NCBI RefSeq assembly: GCF_036321535.1 | Contig: NC_087437.1 | Span: forward strand, 43,030,001-43,094,000 | From: Camelus dromedarius | Lineage: Eukaryota | Length of the DNA stretch: 64,000 bases | Direction of reading: 5' to 3' | Translations under genes and position numbers: made by a program | Part shown: one piece after another, positions 51,856 to 62,308 of the stretch | Layout: each line of letters starts with the position of its first letter | Numbering within the stretch: the stretch's first letter is position 1 | The notes under the pieces: generated by a model | What the model was told of the DNA's origin: nothing | Seen by the model: the letters and a program-made list of their open reading frames with translations, nothing else | The model's database searches: none

Positions 51856-53990
51856 TAGACAGAAAAAGAAAAGCCCTGCCAACAAATTTAAGAGTCTTTA
51901 TATTTAGGATATATATATAATTCTCCCTATATATAAATTTTCAGCTATTTAAAGAAGCCATAGTTTTACATTAGACTTGGGCAACTGTTGTTATTATAAT
52001 AGTGACTTCTAAAAAATATTTGGGGTTGATACTGTAGTTCTCCATACAGGGACGCCCATGTATAATGGGGTATTTTTGTAACCTCAAAAAGCTAAACATT
52101 ATTAGAATTTGAAAATTTACTGTGGTGTGCAGAATTCTAATCCTCCACAAGTTATGTTAAAGTAGCACGTCCGTGGGAAACAGCAACCCTTTTATTTTTA
52201 ACACAGTTAAAGATTTGTGAGTACAAAAATGAATGTTATTTTGTTAGTAACCAAACAAGTACTTTTTATTATTGATGAGATACCAAGTATGTAAAAAAGA
52301 ATTTTTGGAAACCACTGTGCTTGATAATTAGGCTGAATAAAATATGATGATAGAGACTTTTAAGGCCTTATCACAAGTTCTCTATTTTAGGTGTCAAAAT
52401 TGTGCTTTTTAACACCAAAAGGTGACTAGGAAAGACTCAGCCATGCTGTGACCCACCACAATTCTGCGCAAGAATGAACATAATATGCTCTTAACAGGAA
52501 TTGATTTATGTAGCTAAATCTTCAATATATGCTAGCGTTCTGGGACAGAAATGGGATGGGTCTAAGCCTGTCTTTTGTATGTTAATATGCTTTCACAGCA
52601 AAGGTATGCAAATTAACACAGACTGGAGTATTCTCGAGGAAGACATTTATCTCCTTATTGCCTTCTGTGGTGAATTGTGCGGAGCTAAAGGAACCCCAGG
52701 CTTGAACCAAATCTCCTGCTGCCCTATATAGTTTTCACAATCTCTTTTTCAATAGCACAAAGTCAGGACAGCCTCACTGCTAGACCAGCACTTCTTCAGG
52801 AATCTTCCCATAGTATGACAGGATAGAACCATCTGTAATACAAATCAACACTATTATTTTCAAACTAAGCACTTTAAAAGGTTGCTTGAACAAGAAAAGA
52901 CAAATTTGCCAAGTTGTGTGCTATTTTGCAGTTCATGTAAGATTACACTCTGAATTGCACTGCACTGAGTGTTTCATTTTTTCTGATGCATCTTAAGTTG
53001 AACTGGGTAAACAGCATTAGATATTTGATTAGTATTAATATGCAAGATGCTATGATTAGGTATGATTGTTCTTTTAAACTACCACACTTTTTTTTTTGTA
53101 GTGTTCCTTTGATCTCTAACAGATAGTGAAAACATTTGTAATTTAAAGTATATTGACTTTGATTCAGACATTAATTTTCCTGTTGCAAATTTACTGATAC
53201 CTAAAATATATAGCTAGATGGTAAAAAAAAAAAAGTCTGCAAAAATGATGCCAAGTTGTCTCTTTTCAAATTGTGTCTGAAGCCATTTTGTCTTTTAAGT
53301 TCTTGAATCTTAATTTACGATGAGGGACCTGTAGCCAGTGATTTTTTGCATACTTTGGAGAAACAGCAAGGAGATTGACCTTATAAGGTAGTTGCATTTA
53401 AATGATCATAGTTGAACTAGTACTGGGTTTCTTATCCTGACATTAGCTTTGTTTTTTCTGTATAGCATGGGATTAGGGACCACCTTTTTATTTGTTTGTT
53501 TGTGTGATATATAATATATATATATGAGAGAGAGAGAGTCATTCTTATAGTTTTTTTTTACATTCCACTAAATCCCTACCAATATTTAAAAAAAAAGATT
53601 TTCTGCTCTTGAATTCTAATTTTTAGTATGTTTGGTGATTAATAGTGTGGTTCCTTGAAGTGACTGAAGACCTTCAATAAAGGGAAAATTTCACATATAG
53701 CCTTCAGTTTTTAAGAAAACCATGTTGTAAAATGCTTCTGAAACTCTGTATTTTGACAAGGCTGGCTTCCACTTTGAATGTGTATAAAGTCAGGAGGCAA
53801 GTGTCTCACTCTTCTAATAATCAGTTATTTCACTTGTCATCTCACATCAAACCATGATTTTCCTGTGGTAGTACTTAATTCACCTGACTCCAGCCGCTAT
53901 GAATGTATTTCTGTAGCTGGTAAAACATCTAGTTATCACTCTGTCTATTTAGCTTGTTCATACTAATGATTTATTTTCATTTTTTTCTAG

Positions 53991-54310
53991 GATATAGACC
54001 TGAAGCTAACTGGATTTGATTTATAAGAGGGAAATGTACAGTCAATGGCCACTCTCGTCACATTGCTACTGTGGAAAACAGAATGATCAATAGGATATGG
54101 TCTGATAAATAGTGATGACTGAAGATACTACTTCAATACGTGTGAAATCAATGGGAGATACTGGCTGCATGAAGAGCTTTCTGAGCTTTTCTTGACAAGC
54201 TCACCTTTAAGAAATCGGAGGTGTGTTCTACCATTAGACAATCTGTCTCAAGTGGATACAAATACCTTCGCCTCACTGTAACCAGACAACTACACAACTA
54301 ATGTGGGACC
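53991..54310 (+). other. NLGN1: 5' UTR part (320 nt) of the NLGN1 first coding exon; whole exon 53991-54803 = 813 nt
   Basis: Branch-point-like TACTAAT at 53961-53967, pyrimidine tract and acceptor ttttttctag|GATATAG at 53990/53991. The resulting c.-320 to c.493 span agrees with my recollection of the human exon. Confidence 0.92.
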
Positions 54311-54803
54311 ATGGCACTGCCCAGATGCACGTGGTCAACTTATACTTGGAGAGCAGTAATGGCGTGCTTGGTCCACAGGGGATTGGGTGCCTCATTGACC
54401 CTCTGTTTGCTGGGCTGTTTGCTTCAGGCTGCCCATGTGCTCTCACAGAAATTGGATGATGCAGACCCTCTGGTGACTACCAACTTCGGCAAGATAAGAG
54501 GGGTTAAGAAAGAACTCAATAATGAAATTTTGGGTCCTGTTATTCAGTTTCTTGGGGTTCCATATGCAGCCCCGCCAACAGGGGAACATCGTTTTCAGCC
54601 TCCAGAACCACCATCTCCCTGGTCAGATGTCAGGAATGCTACTCAGTTTGCACCTGTGTGTCCCCAGAATATCATTGATGGCAGATTGCCAGAAGTCATG
54701 CTTCCTGTGTGGTTTACTAATAACTTGGATGTGGTTTCATCATACGTACAAGACCAGAGTGAAGATTGCCTGTATTTAAACATATATGTCCCAACTGAGG
54801 ATG
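54311..54803 (+). CDS. NLGN1: Neuroligin-1, first coding exon, coding part (aa 1-164 + 1 nt, phase-1 end): signal peptide and start of the cholinesterase-like ectodomain
   Basis: Translation MALPRCTW...[22 protein letters not shown]...[22 protein letters not shown]...[16 protein letters not shown] is recognisable as neuroligin-1. Carboxylesterase type-B signature EDCLYLNIY, sequon N109-A-T and Cys117/Cys153 are present. Strong Kozak gggaccATGG; donor GATG|gtgagt at 54803/54804. Confidence 0.98.
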
Positions 54804-55242
54804 GTGAGTTTACTGAAGGAAAAACAGGGAGATATATTTTCCTTTTCTATTCTAAGTTCTAACAATATTAATTCATGTGTACTGGTAGCATGCATGGCTT
54901 TTCCTGTTGGCATGTAGACATATTTTACATGCGTGCATGCCGCTCTTTTTGTTTATGTGTGTTGGTGTATCTGTTCATATTTTTTTTCCTGTGCCTACTC
55001 GTTTTCTTTCCTCTGCAGCACGTGTATTCAGGTAGAAATGGGTTCGTAGTTTCCATTTCCTACCGAATGACTTCTGAGAAGGTGCATCAGCATTTCTCCA
55101 TTGCATGTGCAGGCTCAACGAATTGGGGATCCTCCGCCCTCGGTAAACGCAGGAGCGTATCGAGTTAGATAGCGGTGTTGCATGTTCCGGCGGTCTGTGA
55201 TGGAGCGCCATGTTATTTTCTAGTCTTCTATTCATTTTTCAG

Positions 55243-55302
55243 TAAAAAGAATATCCAAGGAATGTGCCAGAAAACCCGGCAAGAAAATATGTAGAAAAGG
55301 AG
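55243..55302 (+). CDS. NLGN1: NLGN1 alternatively spliced site A1 cassette exon (60 nt): VKRISKECARKPGKKICRKG
   Basis: Acceptor ttcatttttcag| and donor GGAG|gtatgt. Phase 1-1, frame preserving. Translation in frame with the upstream exon gives the known 20-aa basic A1 insert with two cysteines. Missed by the ORF track. Confidence 0.96.
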
Positions 55303-58119
55303 GTATGTATAAAAGTGGAAACAAAAAATGGGGGAAACAGCTTGCAGAGGAAGAACAAGATACTCTCCCTGAGGATGATTTGCTGACGCTGGGAAGTGAA
55401 TGGTTAGGCGATACTTGGAATTAATGACGTCCGTCAAAGAGCAGAAAGATGGTCAAGGAGAGCGCTAGCTGAGTAGAGGACATTGACAGAGCTCCTTGGT
55501 GGTGCCTTGTGTGCTGGTGCTGGTAGCATTGGCACGAGCTGACGCTCTGCTTTGAGTTTGTGTGTAGAGGAAGAGATACTTAGGCCATTTCTGTTGCCTG
55601 CAGGGGACCCAAAGATGCTGCCTTCCCCAGTGGTCAACTTTGATCTCTGAACCCTTTTCTACAGAGAATAGATTCCTATTTCTCTTAAAATTGATCAGTT
55701 CAGTCACAAGCCTAGTTTTGTTTGTTTGTTTGTTTCTCCTTAGTTTCTTATGAACACCCTATGAACTTTCTCATGTAAGGGTAAATTTGCCGTAACTATT
55801 GGGCAGTTACCATTATTAAGGAACAGTATTCTGTTTTCCCAGGCAGTCTTTCCATTTTCAGTCACTCTTTCAGAAGAAAATGAGATTTTGCAGCTTTTTA
55901 TACTAAATATTTACAGTCTTAAAATTGCCTTAACATTTTTATATTTATGTTAAACAATTTAAAACATAGGGAAGAACATGATTCAGAAGCTACAATTAAA
56001 TCAACCTTCAAATCATCCTCTAGCCAGATTGAGCAAATGTAGACACTGACAGCTGCAAGCTTGCATCTGAATGTAGTTTGTCCACAATCCATTTTTATAT
56101 AACATCTAGTAAATCACTCATAGGAGAGTATGATTTTCTATGGCAGTAAATTATCTAAGTGTTATTTTGACCTTATTATAACTTTGTAGAATTTTCAATC
56201 TTCATACAGAAGTCATATTAATATTCTAGTGCTGTACATTCTATCTCTTTGTGCACTTCTAATCTCCTGGCTGGACCAAGTCAGATTTCATTACAACATC
56301 CTTGTGGGGTGGGAAGTGTCTCAACTGTTCTGTTTTACTACGATTGCTTTATGTGGAAGAAGCTTCATGAAACTGAATCCTCAATTGCGAATCAGCAGTA
56401 TTTGCCTTAAATTGAGTTTTAATTTGTTTTATTTTTGTTCTTGTTTCTTTGGCCATGCTAATAGAATGGGATTCAGCCTTTATTTTATTATTGATGTCAT
56501 CATTCAGGTTAAAAGAATAGCATGCTTTAGAAGGTGGATGTGGAGGCAATAAGAAGGATACTTTAAATAACTAAAACAAAGTCTCTTATTTTTTTCCCAA
56601 ATGAGACTAACTGCAGTAATTTACATGCTTTCAACTAATGTACACTACTGCAGTGGTTATTATTATGCAGCTTATCAAGCATGTGTAATTAGCTAAGTGA
56701 CTTTCGCCTCCTATCATAAAGATGTTGATTCACAAAGTCATAAATAAAGATACTATTGAAGAATGCATAACTAGAGCATAATACATGAAAATATGTACAA
56801 TAAAAAAAAAAAACCCGATAAGGACATCAAAAGGTAAGCTAGTATGTGAGGAAGTGACCTTTCTTCTCCTACAACTTCAGAGGGAAATGGATTCATTAGA
56901 AGATTCTTTTGCATTGTTCTTTGGATTGCTGGTTCCATCTGCTGGTTCCATTGGCAAAGAAGCATGTAGGCTGTGCCTTTGGCAAACTTTGAACTAGTTT
57001 ATAATTAGCCTGAGGACAAGATCTGTAGATGCCTATGTCAGTCTGTGTGGTTTACAGTCCAGATCTATTGTGTTTTTATATCAAGAATTCTAAAGAATTG
57101 TTTTACTTTGGTTTTTTGGTATTTAATATATCCCACTATCATTAAATAAGTTCTGCTTTTTTATTAGCTGTTTGTATATTGTCCTAAAATCTAAATAACA
57201 CAGAATTTAAATGTAATTGTCTATATAAATAGTCTTTTTTTTTTTTTAAAGAAACAAAAGTAAAGTTAGAGCTTGACTTTTAAGCAGAAGAGAAGAAAAA
57301 TTTCCTGACTTTCAGCTTTTTTTGCTGTCATGAAGGGTCCATTCTGGTCACTTCAAGAAATTATATTATCCTGGTTCAAAAAGTATTAGTTATTTCACAT
57401 TTATGCATGCACTAATATATATTGCATGTGGACTACGAGTTCTTAAACAGAATCCTGGAAGTGTATGAATGATGATTTAGGAGCTATAGGAATAGTTGTG
57501 CTGCATTTTATCTAGGTGCTAATACAATTCTGGCTCATTATTTATCTCACTGCTTTGGTTGTACGTGGTCATCTGCAGAGGCAGATGGACGCCCATCCTT
57601 GTACCAAGTACCCTATAATCTGTATTCACTCAAAACTATTTCTTAATTGCCTGTTGTAAGTCATGCACTATTCAAGGGGGTCAATAATGAATGGAACAAA
57701 GATCTCTCTTCCCATAGAACTTACATTCAAGTAAATTTACAAAGAAAAAAGTGTTTTCTGTACTTCAGTCTGTATAAAAGGATGAAAATCTCCCTCCTCC
57801 AAGTGTCACCTTGCTGTAATTTTTTAAATAGAGCTTTTATAATATTTTCCTGTGTAATAGAAGAAAAAAACATAGTTTTACCAATAGGCTGCCTCTCGTT
57901 TAAAACAGGTCCCAGTTGCACTTTTTAATCTATCTTTTTATATTTCCCATGATAGTTTTCACCATATGTTAATTACTCTCTAGATATTTCTTCAGGGTTT
58001 TATCCTTGCAAAATTGAAAGAAAGGACGAGTGTTTAAAATGAGAAGAGCGTCAACACTCAGCCAAACAGGCAGATAACACGTGGCAGAAACCGGAATTTG
58101 GATGTAGAGGACTGACGTG

Positions 58120-58280
58120 ATTTATCACCAGAACTTTGTGATGGGAGAAGATTACTATCCTTATTTTCAGATATGAAAGGAGGTTCTGAGAGTCAGGTGT
58201 TCTGACCCAGTTTCTACTGCTAGGAAGTGGTAGAGTCAGGTTTGGCCCTAGTTCCTGCTTATATTAGATGCATTTCTATT
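58120..58280 (-). mobile_element. MIR SINE
   Basis: ttactatccttattttcagatatgaaaggaggttctgagag...gctaggaagtggtagagtcagg is the reverse complement of the MIR core. Confidence 0.7.
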
Positions 58281-59204
58281 ATGTTAAAGTACCTCCTGTA
58301 GATGATTTCTATAGTAGAGTCTTGTATTTCTCCTCCCTCTCACCCTCCCCTTCTTCCTGCCTGCTTTCTGCACATTCATAGTGCAGTTCATAGAATACAT
58401 AGTGAATTCTTTTTATTCTATCAGTTGACTCTATTTTAGACAGGCTTAATGGTCACCCTAATTGAATTAGGTCAAGCCAGTGTTAGCAGCTGATTTCTAG
58501 AAAGCATGCTTAGTACCCATTTTACTGAATACTTTTCAATAATACACGTTTTCTTAGTCCAGGCCAAGATCCTGACATATTCCTCCTGTTGTTAGGAGTA
58601 GCTTTAATTTGCTTATATTTCATTTTGCTTCTCCAGTTTGCTCACTTGTGAGAGTTGCCAACCAACAGTAAAGAGGTCAAATGTTAGGCAGTAAACACAG
58701 AAAGGAGGAACAAGGGACCCGGAGAATCCCCAACATACTGATTGCCTTACAGACACCCTAGAGTGGTTTAGCTTTGTATTTCTCCAGCACTTCGATTGTA
58801 TTATTTGTACAGCTCTTCCAAGATGAACACAGAATTAATTTTCATTTCTGTTGCAGTTGACTCATTTGTTTTTACTTACCCCAATTTTTATTTATAGATA
58901 ATTAGATGTCTCCAGTACAATTCTTGACTCCTTGAGAATTTTACTCCTGATTTTCATAAATATTTTATTTTATTTTACATGCTCTGTTTGGTAATCTTTA
59001 CCAGAGATAATGCTGAATTTAGTCAAGAGCTTTTTCCACAAATTTAGGGTTTATTTGGTGATTTGTTGAACATAGAGACTGACTTTTTCCTCATTAAATA
59101 TATATAAAAATGACTCCTATCACTGTCAATGTATTTAAGATTTTACAAGGGGATTATATTTATATTACAGAATGTTCTTTCTTCATTATTATACAGTTCT
59201 ATCT

Positions 59205-60560
59205 ACTTTATTCATGTAGCAAATGTTCATTGAGTCCTTACTCTGTGTTGATTACATTATTGCTCTTGGCCCCTGAGATGTATCAGTGAAAACAAAAACA
59301 AAAATAAAAAATCCTTGCCCTCCTGGAGCTTATATCCTAGTGTGTGGAAACAAGATACACAATAAACAACTAAATGTAAAAGGGTAGAAGAAAATGAGAA
59401 ATAAGTAGTAAGTGCTGGTATGGAGTGTGAAGGTAATTTTAAATAAGATAGTATAGTCTTCTTTTGAGCAAAGACCTGAAGGGAATGAAATAGGTATCTG
59501 GGGAAAGAACACAGCAAAGAGCCAGAGCAAAGGCATTAAGGTGAGTCTTCAGTCCTGTGAATTTAAGGAACAGCTAGGAGTATAGTAAATCTGGAAAGGG
59601 GAGAGAGAGAGAGGAAATGAGGTTTAGAAAGATCTGATGTTATATTAAAGAGATCATTCTGACTGATGTATCGAGAGTAGATTGCAGGAGAGTATGGAGA
59701 AACCATGAGAGCTAAGAAGAGGCTGTTGTAGTTTGAACAAGACGTCAGCCTGTTCCAGGCTCAGACCAGAGTCGTTACCATGGAAGTGGTGGAGCCTTGA
59801 TACATTACGAAGATGGCATTTCTTGATCATTTGGTATGGGTTGTGGAAGAAAATGAGCATTCAGAGATGATTCCTAGATTTTGGTCTGAATACCTAGAAG
59901 GATAGATTTGCCATCAATTAAGGTAGAAAAAAGAAACGCAGAATAGTTTAGAGAGAGGCACAATAGAAAGATGACGTTTAATTTTGGACATGCTAAATTT
60001 GAGGTGACTCTTACACATCCAACTGTAGACATCAGGGAACTAGTTTGACATTCAAAAGAGAGGTATAAATGGAGATTTAAATTTGGGAGTCATTGTGATG
60101 TATGTAAGGTAAACTTTTAAAGTCGTGAGGCTGAGTGAGAATAGAGAAAAGAGGACACCAAAGATTAATCCATGAAACGTTCCATCATTAAGAGGTCTCA
60201 GAGAGGAGAAGGGAAGGCTTTGGAGACAGAAAGTGTTATGTGTGAGATGGGAGGTAAACCAAGATATTTTTGTTGTCTTAGAAGCTAAATAAAGAAAATA
60301 CATCAAAGTAAACAACAGTGATCAACTCTACCGAATGAACTTTTTGTGAGATGGTGAGGGTCTGACACACTGGAGTGGGTCTAAGAGAATGGAAGAAGAT
60401 TTGGAGTCAGTAAGCACAAATAATTATTTTAAGGGGTTTTGCTATAAAAAGGAATAGAAAAAAAATGGAAGCTTAAGGACAATAGAGGTTGTTTTGTTGC
60501 TGTAGATTAAGATGGAAAACAGAGAAATGTTTGTATATAGTAGGAGGGGAACAGTTAGTG
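59205..60560 (-). mobile_element. LINE-2 remnant
   Basis: ttcatgtagcaaatgttcattgagtccttactctgtg...ccttgccctcctggagcttatatcctagt...ttttggacatgctaaatttgaggtg. Confidence 0.85.
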
Positions 60561-60799
60561 AAAAATACAGAAGAAAGATGGTAGACTGCTAGAATAATAT
60601 CCTTAGAGAACGATGGGCTGTAGCAAACTATTGGAGGTTTTGGATGAAAAAGAGCATTGGTAGATAATTTAAATTAGCACGTAGCTAGCGGAGTGCATGA
60701 GCAGGAGTACATGGGTCGAGGGAGCAGTGTGATTGTACTCTCATCTGATTGTTTCTATTTTAGTTGCTTGCTGTGTGACACTAAGGGAAATGGAGACAG

Positions 60800-60965
60800 A
60801 ATTAACATTGGTGAGCTCTTAATATGTTCTAGACATCTAGCCTTGCTAATTTTTTTAATATCACAACAATCCTATGAGATTCTTATTCCCACTTTACAAA
60901 TGCAGAAATGGAGAACCAAAGAGGTTAAGTATCTTGTTCGAAGATACGTAATTTGTTAGTGGCCA
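60800..60965 (-). mobile_element. MIR SINE
   Basis: tcacaacaatcctatgag...attcccactttacaaatgcagaaatggagaaccaaagaggttaagt. Confidence 0.75.
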
Positions 60966-62308
60966 ACTGTATTTCCTTTAAGGAGACTATTTTAGAACAG
61001 AGGGAATAAAACAACACAACAACAACAACAACAATCCTGTTTATGTGGGATCCCAAATCAGACAGAAACATGAAATTGGTAGCCAATTTGGTAGTAGAAA
61101 AATCACTACATTCTGGAATAATTAGAACATCTGATTCATTTGGGGTTTGAAGATGAATGGAAACTAGATTAAACCAGAGATTTGGCTTCGTACTTGAATT
61201 ACTATCCTTGGACAGATGTGGTTAAGTCTTCTAAAAGCTTAACAGTTTAGGTTGGAACTCTGAAATGAAGTAGATCTAGAAGGGTTGTAAAGTTTTAAAA
61301 GGACAACATCAATTGTTCCATTGTTTACTGACAGGCAGAGAGAGTCTCCTGAAGCCGATGATTAGAAGACCATTATAGTTGTCCTGCCCAGTTTTTCCAG
61401 AAAATAAATACTTTTTTGTCTTATAGAAACTGAGGTTGAAGTTGAAAACATAAGACACATGCCGCCAGCAAAAAGAGCTATGACACAAAATAAATCCTTT
61501 ATAGAAAATGCTCTCCTTTCTTCTCTGCATTTTTAATGTATTGTTTTCACATGTAGAACATACTGCTAGCTTAATAATTATGATGTAATCTTTAATTAAC
61601 TTCTACATTCCTTCCCATGACAGGTTTTGTTGATAATCTTTTGGCCTTTAATATTCCTCCTCTTCCTTCTCCCCAGCTCCCCCCACCCCCCCCCACCCCC
61701 ATGGCGCTGCATGCTAAAGTAGTTTAGAAAATAACCAACTTCAAAAATCACACCAGCACATAAATTTGTTAGTAACAATCACATCATCTCATTCAGGATT
61801 TGATCATCTTACATTCTGGACTAGATATAGAAGCATAATTTCTAACCGTAAGTCCTCACATGGTCCTTTGTAAGTGGACAGAGCACGTGATGTAGCACTC
61901 CCTGTGTTAGAGTCCTAGGGCTGCTGTGACAAATTGCCACAAACTGTGTGGCTTTCAACAGCAGGGGTTCATCCTCTTCATAGTTCTCGGAGTTGACAAG
62001 CCCAACGCTGAGGAGTTGGCAGGGTTGGTTCCTTCTGGAGGCTCTGGGGGAGAATCTTCCTACCTCTTTCCTAGGTTCTGCTGGTTGCCAGAAGTTGTTG
62101 GCATACTTTGGCTTGTATTTGGCTTTGTGTTATGCCAGTCTGTACTTCAGCTGTCGCATGGCTTTCTTCCCTTTGTGTCTCCCACTGTCTCTGTGTCTTC
62201 ACATGGCCTTCTTATAAGGACACCAGTCGTAAGATTTATGACCCACCCAATCAAGTATGACCTCATCTTAATTACACTTGCTAAGCCCCTATTTCCAAAT
62301 AAGGTCAC

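Noticed and set aside
54804..54862. C-terminal [19 protein letters not shown] of the 183-aa ORF
   Set aside because: Read-through past the consensus donor G|gtgagt into intron; not neuroligin sequence, and no evidence here for intron retention.
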